Source: a virus
IMG/VR virus record: IMGVR_UViG_3300045988_168418
Length of the DNA: 64,000 bases
Strand: one strand, 5' to 3'
Part shown: positions 10,378-20,867 of the stretch, one piece after another
Position numbering within the stretch: position 1 is the stretch's first letter
How the letters are laid out: every line of letters starts with the position of its first letter
Notes under the pieces: model-generated
What the model was told of the DNA's origin: nothing
Seen by the model: only the letters and a program-made list of their open reading frames with translations
Databases searched by the model: none
Position numbers and translations under genes: made by a program

Positions 10378-10399
10378 TTATTACTCCTTTATTCTTACT

Positions 10400-11212
10400 T
10401 TATTTATTTCCAGAAGTGCTATTATAGCCATAAATATCACTTTGATACATTTGAATCCAAAATTTTTCTTTTTCGTTTAATTCTGTTCTTGAACATTCTT
10501 CCATCAACTCAAAAGAAAAATTCCAAACACCCTCCTGTTGCATTGCTTTATAGAGCTTATTTGTTGCGGAAGCGTCTATTCCTAATCCGCATTTAACGTG
10601 CTGCTTAAATCTATCTTGAATATTAACGCTTTGTCCAATATAACATTGTTTAGTTAATAAATTTGTAATTTTATAAATTCCGCATTTAGTAGTAGTTCCT
10701 AGTATCCTATTGCACATTTCAGTTGTTTGTTTTTGAAAATAAGTTGACCAAATAATTTTATTTAAAACAACAGGTTGATGAAAAGAAACTTTTATTTTAT
10801 TTAATGTCATAATATCTGATAATTCATTATCAGTAATAGTTAATTTGTAAAAGTTAATCGCTTCTTCTTTTTCTCTTTCGCGGAGTTGAGCTTGAACGCC
10901 TGCACTTAATGATTCTTTTAATTTACATAAAGATTCAGTGATTTCTTTCTTCTCTTTATCAGTTTTGACTTTATATAAATCATATCTTAATTCCATATCT
11001 TCATATGCTTTTTCTAATTCTATAACATATTGTTCTTTTGCATACTTAATTTTATCTTTATAACTATTATATTCTTTTAATTGATTTTCTTTAAAAATGT
11101 TTAATTGTTCCAATATATCATCTTTCTTTTGACAGAAAGATTCAAAAGCATCAGATTGTTGCTCTGTAAGTAAAGATAATTCTCTTTGCTTGCCTTTGAT
11201 TTGCATTATCAA
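10400..11212 (-). CDS. coiled-coil protein with C-terminal GIY-YIG nuclease domain; the frame stays open upstream to about 11416 and encodes a TM helix
   Basis: C-terminal GIYKITN...YIGQS...NIQDRFKQH. N-terminal heptad-like region. Upstream in-frame IVYIIFFLFISIIFLSYGIYLAI follows a strong AAGGAGG but has no ATG/GTG/TTG. Confidence 0.45.
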   Translation of the reverse strand: MIMQIKGKQRELSLLTEQQSDAFESFCQKKDDILEQLNIFKENQLKEYNSYKDKIKYAKEQYVIELEKAYEDMELRYDLYKVKTDKEKKEITESLCKLKESLSAGVQAQLREREKEEAINFYKLTITDNELSDIMTLNKIKVSFHQPVVLNKIIWSTYFQKQTTEMCNRILGTTTKCGIYKITNLLTKQCYIGQSVNIQDRFKQHVKCGLGIDASATNKLYKAMQQEGVWNFSFELMEECSRTELNEKEKFWIQMYQSDIYGYNSTSGNK

Positions 11213-11450
11213 ATTACGTTTTTGAAAAGCTAAAGAATTTAATTCTTTTAATAAGGCTTCTTTTTCTTTCTCTTCCTTTTTATTATTATATATAATAGTA
11301 TTTTTTGATTTTATTGCTAAATATATTCCATAAGATAAAAAAATAATACTAATAAATAAAAAGAATATTATATAAACAATATCGGTAGCCTCCTTAAATA
11401 AAAAGAATGGGTTAAACTAATAATTAGCTTAACCCTTTTAAAATTTATGA

Positions 11451-11726
11451 TTACTCAGCCTGTTCTGTTACGTCTGGATCGAAAGCACGACCTTCGTCGG
11501 TCAAGCGAATAAATTTAACTGCTTTATGAGTACCATCTTCAAGCTCAATCTCTGACGGAACTCTTTCCATTAGACCTTTTCTCTGGAAAGCAGAAGTTAC
11601 GATACCATTTACGCTTCTTACTTCGAGACCAGTTGCTTCTGCGATATCTGCCGCTGTTACATTCTGTCCATCTACACTCTTTACATAATCAAATACTTTT
11701 CTTGAATTTTCTTTTAATGCTGCCAT
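11451..11726 (-). CDS. winged-helix DNA-binding protein, GC-rich codon usage
   Basis: ...FIRLTDEG C-terminus like 9237..9614. Visibly higher GC than its neighbours. Confidence 0.35.
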   Translation of the reverse strand: MAALKENSRKVFDYVKSVDGQNVTAADIAEATGLEVRSVNGIVTSAFQRKGLMERVPSEIELEDGTHKAVKFIRLTDEGRAFDPDVTEQAE

Positions 11727-11822
11727 TTTTTTTCTCCTTTAATTTTAAAACATAGTATATTTTATTTTTATTATTAGATGATTTCATCTTATATTTTATA
11801 TAAATATTATACCAAAAATTTT

Positions 11823-12005
11823 TTAATTTGTCAATAATTTATTTTTGGTTATATAATCATCTATCATAAACATATCTTCTAAAGATAACGTTTTCGATAT
11901 TTCTTGAATTTCTTTCATATTCTCTTGAACATTTTTACCCTTAGAAAGTTCTTGTTCCATCTTCACTATTTTAAGTGCTAAATTTTTTATTTCTTTATTC
12001 TTCAT
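11823..12005 (-). CDS. hypothetical small protein
   Basis: 60-aa ORF between two promoter motifs. Confidence 0.25.
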   Translation of the reverse strand: MKNKEIKNLALKIVKMEQELSKGKNVQENMKEIQEISKTLSLEDMFMIDDYITKNKLLTN

Positions 12006-12036
12006 ATTTATATTATATCAAAAATTTTTTAAAAAA

Positions 12037-13146
12037 TCAAAAAATGCTACTTATTGTGCAGTCTTTTACATCTTTATCTTCTCTTAAACCTTTCCAGAAA
12101 CCATGCCTAATTGTCCTTTCCTTAGAGTCTAGCTCCATACATTGTATCTTTACTACATGATTAAGATAATTTTCTGGATTCTTAGACATATCTTCTTTTA
12201 ATTCATCAGAAATTCCAGAATGAATAGTACCTATATCAATAATAGTTCCCTTATCATCATATGCCCCTATTTTTATTCTAGCATTATGCCAATTATAATA
12301 ATAAGGTTTTGTCACTGGAATTATTTCTTTCCCCATTTTAAGAAGTTCTTTATAAGTTCCTTGCATCCTAACACCATTTTTATTAATGCAAAAACCCCAA
12401 GAGTCTAATTCTTTTCCATAGTATTCTTTTGTAGGCTCCTCGAATCCTATAATAATAGCATCTATAAAATCTACCTTTTTCGCTTTTAAATTGCTGTCTG
12501 GGCGTTTTCCAGGCTGATATATCCCATTTTTCTTTTTTAAAACCATTCCCTCTTCACCTGCGGATAGGGCATTTCCAACTCTTTCATATAAATTATTTTC
12601 CCACACCTCCGCAAGCTCAAGAAAATTATATTTTTTCAAATTATATTTTTTCCAGACTTCTTTTAATATACTATATCTAACTAAACTGCCAGTATTTAAT
12701 AAGTTATAGCCATTATATATTAAAATATCATGGATATAATAATGAATCAATCCATACGAACCATTTTGTCTTTCTATTGCTTTACCAGCCAAACTTCCCA
12801 TAATGGGGGTAACATTTTTAGAACTTCCTCCTGGATAATAAATTTCTCCAATTAAAACAGTCTTGTCTGGCAAACACTCTAAAGCATTAACTATATGAGG
12901 AACATTATCATGCTTCTCTGTCAAAAGTCCAGTCTTCTTACTTACTGTTCGCCCAAATAAATAACAATTTTCATTTTTAACAAACTGATAGAAAGCTCCA
13001 TCTTTTTTAAGCTGACCAAAATATTCTCCACTTGAACAAGCTCTCTTTAATTGTTCTTTTGTAGAAGAATGAATTAGCATAGGCTCAATCATCAATTCTC
13101 CTGCCCCTGGATATAAAGATTCAATTTTTTCCTTACTAAAAACCAA
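12037..13146 (-). CDS. ATP-dependent DNA ligase
   Basis: Motif I QLKKDGAF (KxDG); motif V EGMVLKKKNGIYQPGKRPDSNLKAK. Confidence 0.7.
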   Translation of the reverse strand: MVFSKEKIESLYPGAGELMIEPMLIHSSTKEQLKRACSSGEYFGQLKKDGAFYQFVKNENCYLFGRTVSKKTGLLTEKHDNVPHIVNALECLPDKTVLIGEIYYPGGSSKNVTPIMGSLAGKAIERQNGSYGLIHYYIHDILIYNGYNLLNTGSLVRYSILKEVWKKYNLKKYNFLELAEVWENNLYERVGNALSAGEEGMVLKKKNGIYQPGKRPDSNLKAKKVDFIDAIIIGFEEPTKEYYGKELDSWGFCINKNGVRMQGTYKELLKMGKEIIPVTKPYYYNWHNARIKIGAYDDKGTIIDIGTIHSGISDELKEDMSKNPENYLNHVVKIQCMELDSKERTIRHGFWKGLREDKDVKDCTISSIF

Positions 13147-13179
13147 TATAAACCTCCTTTATTCTTCTATTGTTAAGTT

Positions 13180-15528
13180 TTATAACTTAACAATAGAAGA
13201 GATCAAACTATTTTTTAACATAATATTTCCTATACTTGTGCGGCTCAACTTAGGAATATCTTTTGTAGATATACATATTGATTTTGGCTTTCCTACAATT
13301 AACAAATTATCTGAATCATCGACCATACCTCCGCCAACAATCACTCCAGAAGTATCCGTAGTTTTATAAATGATAACTCCCTTTCCCGCTCTTTGCTGAA
13401 GCGGCAATTCCTCTAAAGATATCTTCTTTCCTAGACCTCTTGTTGTAACAATAGCTAAACAATTATCCTTCTTATTAATTGGTAATCCCGCAATAACTTC
13501 ATCATTCTTATCTAGCTTAATAGCTTTAACACCCGCAGTAACTCGTCCAATAGGGTTGATTTCATCTGTAGGAAAATGGATAGCCATACCATTCTTTGTT
13601 ATAACTATCATTTCTTCTTTTTCTATGAAAGTTACGTTAGCTAGAGAATCATTATTTTTTAAATTTATCGCGGCAATACCTGTACTTCTTTTTACTTTTG
13701 TATATTCCTCTAAAGAAGTTTTCTTAATTAAACCTTGCTTAGTTATGAAAATAACATATTTTGCCTTTGTCTTTCTGTGCAAAGAAGTAATAGCAATAAC
13801 TTTTTCATCTTTTTCTATATTTATTAAAGTATTGATATTTATTCCTTTTGATAAATTAGTTCCAGTTGGCACGTTATCTACTAAAAATCTATACATTTTA
13901 CCTTTAGATGTAAAAATCATAAGAGTATCAATAGTATTTGTAGATATAACATTTAATGTGGCGTCATTTTCGCTTTTGACTCCTTTTCCATTTTTCTTTT
14001 GAACTTTAAAAGATTTCAAAGGAACTCTTTTGATGTCTCCATTTTGAGTCGCAATAACAACTACATCTTCTGGAATAATTTCTGCAACTTCTTTTTCTTC
14101 TGGTTTAATATCAAGATGAATTAATTCAGTCCTTCTATTATCACCATATTTTTTTACTAATGATTCTAATTTAGTTTTAATATCAGATAATTGTAAATCT
14201 CTATTTAAAATATGTAATTCCAATTCCGCAATCTTAATTAATAAGTCTTTCTTTTCATTTTCAAGGGTTATTTTTTCTAAACGAGCTAAACTAGATAATC
14301 TCATTGCTAAAATAGATTTAGCCTGAATCTCAGATAACTTATAGATTTCAATTAACTTATTTTTTGCAGCTTCTGAATTTTCTGATTTTTTAATTAAAAA
14401 AATTACATTATCAATATCTTCCAAAGCTATCAAAAGACCTTCTATAATATGCAATCTATCTTTTGCTTTCTTTAAATCAAAGGTTAATTCTTTTTTTAAA
14501 CATTCAATATTGTGTTCTATATATATCTTACAGCAGTCAGATAAATTTAACTCAGTTGGTACTTTATCAACTAATGCGACTTGATTATATGATATGCTTG
14601 TTTGAAGGTTTGTTTTAGAATAAAGCTTTTTTGCTATTGAATCTAAGTTCGAATCTTTTTTACACTCGATTACAAGTCTAATTCCTTTTTTGTTTGTTTC
14701 ATCGCGGATTTCAGAAATTCCTTCTATCTCTTTTGAATCACAAACCTCACCTATTTCAGTCAGTAATCCTTCAATAGTAGTTCCATAAGGAATTTCATAA
14801 AAGATAATGTTATTTTTTTCAATTTTATATTTTCCGCGGACTTTAACAGAACCATGTCCAGTTTTCATAATCTGCGGAATATCTTTACTATTTATTATAA
14901 TTCCACCTGTTGGAAAATCCGGTCCTGGCAAAGAAGGTTCTTTCCCTTCCATATAATCATAGATAGCTTGTGCAACTTCTTTAAGATTGTGCGGAAGCCA
15001 GTTACAGGCGATGGCAACTCCAATTCCAGTATTTGGGTTACACAGTAAGTTTGGAAAAATGGCTGGTAAAGTTACTGGTTCATCCAGAGTTTCATCATAA
15101 TTTTGAATAAAATCAACATTTTTCTTTTTTAATCCAGATAATAAGCCATCTTCCGCAATTTTACTTAATCTTGCTTCTGTATAACGAGATGCAGCAGGTC
15201 CATCCCCTGCAATATTTCCGTTGTTACCATGCCAGTCAATAAGAGGGTATCGCAATACCCAGTTTTGAGAGAGACGGACTAGAGCACCGTAGATTGAGCT
15301 GTCCCCATGCGGATGATACTTGCCCATAACATCTCCTACTATTCTAGCACTTTTAATATGAGGTTTATTAAAACTACGCCCTTCTTCATAAGAAGACCAG
15401 AGGATACGCTTTGCTACAGGCTTCAACCCTGACTTGGCATCGGGGATCGCTCTATCTGTGTTTACCGCGACTGCGTATTCTATAAAGTTCTTCTTCAGTT
15501 CATTTGTTACATCATTTATACTATGCAT
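13180..15528 (-). CDS. type II DNA topoisomerase, A subunit (GyrA/ParC/T4 gp52-like)
   Basis: DAKSGLKPVAKRILW, YHPHGDSSIYGALVRLSQNW, catalytic Tyr context AASRYTEARL. Confidence 0.8.
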   Translation of the reverse strand: MHSINDVTNELKKNFIEYAVAVNTDRAIPDAKSGLKPVAKRILWSSYEEGRSFNKPHIKSARIVGDVMGKYHPHGDSSIYGALVRLSQNWVLRYPLIDWHGNNGNIAGDGPAASRYTEARLSKIAEDGLLSGLKKKNVDFIQNYDETLDEPVTLPAIFPNLLCNPNTGIGVAIACNWLPHNLKEVAQAIYDYMEGKEPSLPGPDFPTGGIIINSKDIPQIMKTGHGSVKVRGKYKIEKNNIIFYEIPYGTTIEGLLTEIGEVCDSKEIEGISEIRDETNKKGIRLVIECKKDSNLDSIAKKLYSKTNLQTSISYNQVALVDKVPTELNLSDCCKIYIEHNIECLKKELTFDLKKAKDRLHIIEGLLIALEDIDNVIFLIKKSENSEAAKNKLIEIYKLSEIQAKSILAMRLSSLARLEKITLENEKKDLLIKIAELELHILNRDLQLSDIKTKLESLVKKYGDNRRTELIHLDIKPEEKEVAEIIPEDVVVIATQNGDIKRVPLKSFKVQKKNGKGVKSENDATLNVISTNTIDTLMIFTSKGKMYRFLVDNVPTGTNLSKGININTLINIEKDEKVIAITSLHRKTKAKYVIFITKQGLIKKTSLEEYTKVKRSTGIAAINLKNNDSLANVTFIEKEEMIVITKNGMAIHFPTDEINPIGRVTAGVKAIKLDKNDEVIAGLPINKKDNCLAIVTTRGLGKKISLEELPLQQRAGKGVIIYKTTDTSGVIVGGGMVDDSDNLLIVGKPKSICISTKDIPKLSRTSIGNIMLKNSLISSIVKL

Positions 15529-15751
15529 TGAATCTCGCTCCTGTATCTTTGTTTAAAATCATTATATTTAATAATTTGATTCTTATAATACTATTATAAC
15601 ATATTTTTTTATTATTTCCAAGTTTAATTAACTTTTTAAAGAGAAAGCATAATTCTATGTATAAATTATCTTTTATCTATTTGTTAATAGTAAAATAAGA
15701 AAGATACTTATACAAAAGCATCTTTCTTTTATTTTACTTATAGTCATTAAA

Positions 15752-18700
15752 TTATTCTGCATTGTAAGTAGCTTCTTGGCTATGACTCTTAATATAAGAC
15801 TTTCTTGCGGTAACTCCCGCACCCATTAGCTGATTAAATAGAATATCTGTTACAGAAACATCTTCAACTGTAATTTGTCTGATAATTCTTTTCTCAGGAT
15901 CTGTTAGAGTTTCTTCTGTCTCGTCTACTGACATTTCACCTACGTGTTACTCCACTATCACTAGTGGCACTGACTATTTCTTCTCTCAGGCTAACGTATT
16001 AACTGCCTTCTTCGAGTCCACCTTTTTGAAATGCGTATCAATAGCATCTCTACTCTCCAGCAACGGAGATAGTCGATACAGGATTATACCATAATAGATT
16101 TCCAATTTTGATATGACCAAACATTTTTAAAAGAACCTTTTGTTATTTTATCTTTATAATCTTCATATACTACTTTTAATTGTTCTCCATTTTTTCTTCT
16201 AAGTCTTATTGTCCTTACATCTTCTTCTGTAAGTTTAGATCGTCCATTTTGAGAACCAAAATTTCCAGTGTTATGAGCATGAAAATCTTTATTTTCTTTT
16301 GTGTAAACTTCTGGCATTATATTTTTCCAGGTTTCACCCTTCCATATTTTATTAAAACCAGATTCTCCTATTCTTTGATTATAAAGTAAATAAACATTTT
16401 TCTTTCTTTCTAAATTAGCATATCTTGTTCTAATATCAATAATATCTTGCTCAGTTAATTTATGTCCTGGATGATTTTCTCCAAAGTTTGTTTCTCCACC
16501 ACAGGTTAAATTATATCCATTTTTGTAAGAATCATAATAATCAATCCAATATTGTTCTTTTATATCTAATTGTTCTTGGTTACACTCCTCTATTATTTCA
16601 AAAGTGAAATTTTCTAATCCATATTTTTGAAAAGCTAAATATAAAGGTTTATTACTTTCTCGTTGCCAATTATATTTATTTTTATGCTCTTCCCATCTTT
16701 TTTCAATATGAATACTTTGTCCTATGTAGCAATGTTTATTGATATTATTAGTTATTTTATATATTCCTATCATATAAATATCTCCTTTTTAAATTCAAAA
16801 TAGGAGACAATCTCAATTATGGTAATTTCCCACGAGACCATCTTCAATATTTTTTAATTTAAAGTCACTTCAAATTAACTTAAAATGACCATTCTTATTA
16901 AAAATATTAAAGACTCCCTCGTTAGCTATCTATTTTTTTAGATAACCCCTCTGATAAAAGGAAAAGTGGATAGGGACCAGACTACCTCGTATCCCTTCAT
17001 ACGCCCAACCAAATACTTCTTTCCTGTATTGGCTTTTTTAAATACCTCTAATTCTTCATCATTTTTTAAGTATCTATATTCTTTTCCAATAGTAATTTTA
17101 TATAAAGGTGGAACTCCCGCGTAAACGTATCCATCTTTTATAAGTTCTGGACAAAAGTTCCATATAAATGTATAAAAAAGATTTTTAATGTGAGCCATAC
17201 TCTCTTATATTTCTATAAGTACTGACTATCTCTTACTACCAATATTTTGTAGAATACCCATTTCGAATTGCGTATCAATAGCAATCCTACGTAGCCGATC
17301 CGCTACTAGTCGATACAGGATTAAACGTTTTTCCATGTTATGTAATTTACTACTCTTTTAATTGTTCCTCTTGTACAAACACCAAGAAACTTATCATATA
17401 TTTCACTAATGTTCAAATTTTCTTGTTCTGCTAATCTTCTAATTTCTTTAACATCCTCTTTAGTTAATTTAGCTTTTTTATTTCCTTTTCGTTTTACTTC
17501 CGAAGATATATCTCTTATCATTGATGTATCAACATTTTTCCAAGTATTTCCTCGATAAGCTTTACAAAAAGCATCATAACTAATTTCAGTAGAATATATT
17601 TTATATACTTCCGCAGGAGGAATATTTTGAAGAAAAATCATTTCTCTAATATTTAAAACTTTTTCTTCATTTAATCTCGCTTTATTGTTTCTGCTTCCTA
17701 TTGAATATTCCTCTCCAGGAGTATCCCCAGCATCTAATATATTATACCCAAAATTTTTATCTTTAGAATTATAAAAATCAATCCAATATTGCTCTCTTTC
17801 TAATATTTCTTGATTAGTTAAAGAATCACATATTTCAACAATTTCAAAATTAAAATTTTCAAATCCGTATTTTCTAATTGCAGAAATTATAGGTCGTTGT
17901 TTATTTTTTTTAACTTCATCTCTATAATTTCTTAATCTCCTTGCAACATCTACAGATTTACCTATATAAATTTTATTATTTTGAAGATTAGTCCATTTGT
18001 AAATTGCTTTCATGTTTTACGTCCTTCCCACGGGACTACCATATCTTCTGACTTAGGCTCCCCCGTTAGCTATTTTTCTTTTATAATATATGAATTCCAA
18101 ATGGAACTCATTTTATTATATTGTCCAAATAACCCCTGTGATGAGCAGGAAAAGGTATAACAGGCACTGTTACATACCATCGACGTCCGCATCTGACATT
18201 ATAATTATTTTACCATATCTTAAATCTTCTTTATCGTAAGTTACTTTCATAGTTTTAGGATCAATTTTAAGTCCAAAAGCATCAATCATAGTCATAATTT
18301 CAGCATTTTTCTGAATTTGAGTTAGTGTAGCTTTTTGACAATTTAAAATTTTTCCTCTCACAGGCATAACCGCTTGGAATTCATTATTTCGTGCAGTTTT
18401 CAGATTACCTGAAGCACTATCCGTGTATATCCCATATTTCTATAGGCACTGACTATCTCTTCACTCCGATTTGTCAAATCTTCAACGTGTCCTCTATTTC
18501 CACTTTTGTATCAATAAAAAGTGTACTTCCAATCTCACTTGGAATAGTCGATACAGCTTATTTTATATCTTTGTATGTTTGTCGAGTTATTATATTATAT
18601 ATAGTACTCCAGGCAGAATTTGGAGCATACTTTTTCCAAACTTCTTTTGGAGTCATTCCCTTATCATAATCTTTTCTCATATTTTTTACTTCTTCATTAG

Positions 18701-20771
18701 AAAATTTTCTTTTGTTATTTGAAGCTATTTCAAAGCTATTAGCTTTAGCTTGGTGAGAATGCCAATATCTATTTTCTTCAGAATGATATTCTGGATGGAT
18801 ATCTTTCCAAGTTTCAAACCACCAAACTTTTTGTAAACCTCTTTTAGATATTTTATTTTTATATTCTTCATAAACTTGTTTAAAAGAAATATGATTATTA
18901 TAACATTCTCTTATATATTCTACATCTTCCTTGGATAATAAAGCTCTTCCATTTTTTTCACCATACTGAGATCTATTAGGATTATCTTCTCCTCCAGGAG
19001 TTGCATTATATCCTTCTTTATAAGAGTTATAATATTTAATAAAATATTTTTCAAGATCGTTTAGCATATCTTTAGAATATTCTTCATTAGATATTTCTGC
19101 AATTATTTCATAATCAAAATTTTCTAATCCATATTTTCTTATTGCTTGATGTAACTGGCTATTATAATCTTTTGCTTTTTCGTTAAAAGCTGATGATTTA
19201 TGTGCCATTTTTCTTTGTTTTAAATTAATACTTTGTCCTATATAGACTTTTTTATTAATTTTATTTTGATATTTATATATACCTATCATATCCACTGTCT
19301 CCTTATAATTTATTCATTACAATATGAAGGAGACTCTATTTTCATTAATAACCTTTGACAAAAATATAAAATCTTGCCACGGGATTGACTTCACCTAAAC
19401 ATGTTTTGACTTTCATGTGTAATGGTCAGTTTTCCCCGTTAGCACGCAATTTGCGTACCCCGCTGATAAACGGTAAAAAGGATTAGGGCAATATTTTTTT
19501 TACTTACCCTCAGTCACGTATATTTCGCACTTCATTCTATCCTTTGAGTAACAATCCGCAAGTTTAGAATCAAATTTTAAAACTTTTTCTTTTTTCTTCT
19601 TTTCTTTTTCTCTTGCAAGTTCTCTTGCCTTTTTTGCGGCTTCACTTGCCTTTTTCGCGGCGATTGCTTTATCAAAAATTACTTTAATCTCTTTTTCATT
19701 TGACAAGAGCCACTCTTGAATATTTTCCGCAATAATACCAGTAAAAGGCGTCATATCAAGCTTTACAATCCTAGATTTAGTCTGAGCGTCATAGGATACT
19801 CCTGGAGCTGTAATATTAAAAGCTACCATTAATCCCTCTTGTATGGCAGATCCTTCTAAGTTATCATCTTTAGTTTTCAACCACTTTTTCTCTCTAAAGA
19901 ATTTATTAAATTCTCTAGTAATTAAAGACTTAATCTGTGTAATATGCGGTCCTGCATCTGTTTCTCCTGTATTAACATAAGAAATCATATTAGTTGAATA
20001 ATTTTTTGTATATGTCAATACTAAATCAATTTTATTTTTACCATTACTATGTTTAATGCATAGTCTATTGTTAATAATTTCAGTATCTTTAACTTTATCT
20101 GAAACTAAGTCATCAAGACCATTTTTTGAAACATATTCAATAGCATCTTTTCCATTATGGGTTAAGTTAATTGTCAATCCTGGACATAAACAAACTAATA
20201 CATGAAATAATTCTTTTATTCTTTTCTCATCTATTTCCGCGTGATTAAAAAATTGTTTATCTGGTTTCCAGGAAACAATAGTTCCAGTATGATGATCTCC
20301 CTGCAATCCTGTCTCTCTTGATTTAAAAATTCCATCTTCAAAATAGATAGATTCAAAATGACCATCTCTAAAAGTTTTAACATTTAGATTACTTGAAAGA
20401 AAATTTGTTAATTTACTTCCAATTCCATTTAAACCTAAAGCTGTGCCTTCATACACACCATCTTCTGAAAACTTACCAGAAGTATTTAAAACATCAAAAG
20501 AAGCTTGCAAAACGCTTTCCCCATCTTCTCTCATAATATTCACTGGAAAGCCTTGAGCAAAATCTTCTACTGTACAAGAGCCATCATCTTTATAATCTAC
20601 ATTTATTATGTTTCCATTTCCCGCTTGAAACTCATCAATAGCATTAGATACAATCTCAATCAATAGCTGGGTTGAATACTCCGTGGACCCACAATAAACC
20701 CCAGGTCTAAGTCGTGTAAACTCCCGCGGGCTTAATGATTCTATTGACTTCTCATTATATAAATTGCCCAT
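15752..20771 (-). CDS. type II DNA topoisomerase B subunit (GyrB/T4 gp39-like), four exons: 20771..19506, 18421..18176, 17201..16991, 15942..15752
   Basis: Exon1 GHKL ATPase ...IYVTEG. Exon2 DSASGN...MPVRGKILNCQK...IIIMSDADVDG (TOPRIM). Exon3 SMAHIKNLF...ELIKDGYVYAGVPPLYKI...GRMKG. Exon4 (L)GEMSVDETEETLTDPE... Exons sum to 1914 nt, 637 codons. Confidence 0.8.
15943..16990 (-). mobile_element. group I intron 3 of the gyrB-like gene, with GIY-YIG HEG
   Basis: Exon3 ends ..aagggaT. Intron ends ..aacacG. Exon4 starts taggtgaaatg, rebuilding KG|LGEM (GyrB ...YKGLGEMN...). Introns 1 and 3 share 3' motifs. Confidence 0.65.
16084..16773 (-). CDS. GIY-YIG homing endonuclease (intron-encoded)
   Basis: MIGIYKITNNINKHCYIGQSIHIEKRWEEHKN... 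Confidence 0.7.
   Translation of the reverse strand: MIGIYKITNNINKHCYIGQSIHIEKRWEEHKNKYNWQRESNKPLYLAFQKYGLENFTFEIIEECNQEQLDIKEQYWIDYYDSYKNGYNLTCGGETNFGENHPGHKLTEQDIIDIRTRYANLERKKNVYLLYNQRIGESGFNKIWKGETWKNIMPEVYTKENKDFHAHNTGNFGSQNGRSKLTEEDVRTIRLRRKNGEQLKVVYEDYKDKITKGSFKNVWSYQNWKSIMV
17202..18175 (-). mobile_element. group I intron 2 of the gyrB-like gene, with GIY-YIG HEG
   Basis: Exon2 ends DADVDG (..gatggT). Intron ends ..agagaG before exon3 agtatggctcac (SMAH). Confidence 0.6.
17321..18013 (-). CDS. GIY-YIG homing endonuclease (intron-encoded)
   Basis: MKAIYKWTNLQNNKIYIGKS... Confidence 0.7.
   Translation of the reverse strand: MKAIYKWTNLQNNKIYIGKSVDVARRLRNYRDEVKKNKQRPIISAIRKYGFENFNFEIVEICDSLTNQEILEREQYWIDFYNSKDKNFGYNILDAGDTPGEEYSIGSRNNKARLNEEKVLNIREMIFLQNIPPAEVYKIYSTEISYDAFCKAYRGNTWKNVDTSMIRDISSEVKRKGNKKAKLTKEDVKEIRRLAEQENLNISEIYDKFLGVCTRGTIKRVVNYITWKNV
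18422..19505 (-). mobile_element. group I intron 1 of the gyrB-like gene, with GIY-YIG HEG
   Basis: Exon1 ends ..gagggT. Intron ends ..acacG immediately before exon2 gatagtgct (DSA). Internal ORF 18558..19295. Confidence 0.65.
18558..19295 (-). CDS. GIY-YIG homing endonuclease (intron-encoded)
   Basis: MDMIGIYKYQNKINKKVYIGQS... Confidence 0.7.
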   Translation of the reverse strand: MDMIGIYKYQNKINKKVYIGQSINLKQRKMAHKSSAFNEKAKDYNSQLHQAIRKYGLENFDYEIIAEISNEEYSKDMLNDLEKYFIKYYNSYKEGYNATPGGEDNPNRSQYGEKNGRALLSKEDVEYIRECYNNHISFKQVYEEYKNKISKRGLQKVWWFETWKDIHPEYHSEENRYWHSHQAKANSFEIASNNKRKFSNEEVKNMRKDYDKGMTPKEVWKKYAPNSAWSTIYNIITRQTYKDIK

Positions 20772-20867
20772 ATTTTCTCCTTATCATCTTTAATATCCAT
20801 ATTAAATACATTTTTTCTTTTTTTCTTTTCCTTAATATATTATAATATATTTTTTAAAATAAATCAA

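Noticed and set aside
13556-14002. Plus-strand ORFs of 60-150 aa inside gyrA, flotillin, MVP and other genes (e.g. 675..863, 14854..15048, 31036..31293, 35940..36251, 36928..37143)
   Set aside because: Antisense or alternative-frame ORFs within well-supported genes, with low-complexity or hydrophobic translations typical of AT-rich antisense.
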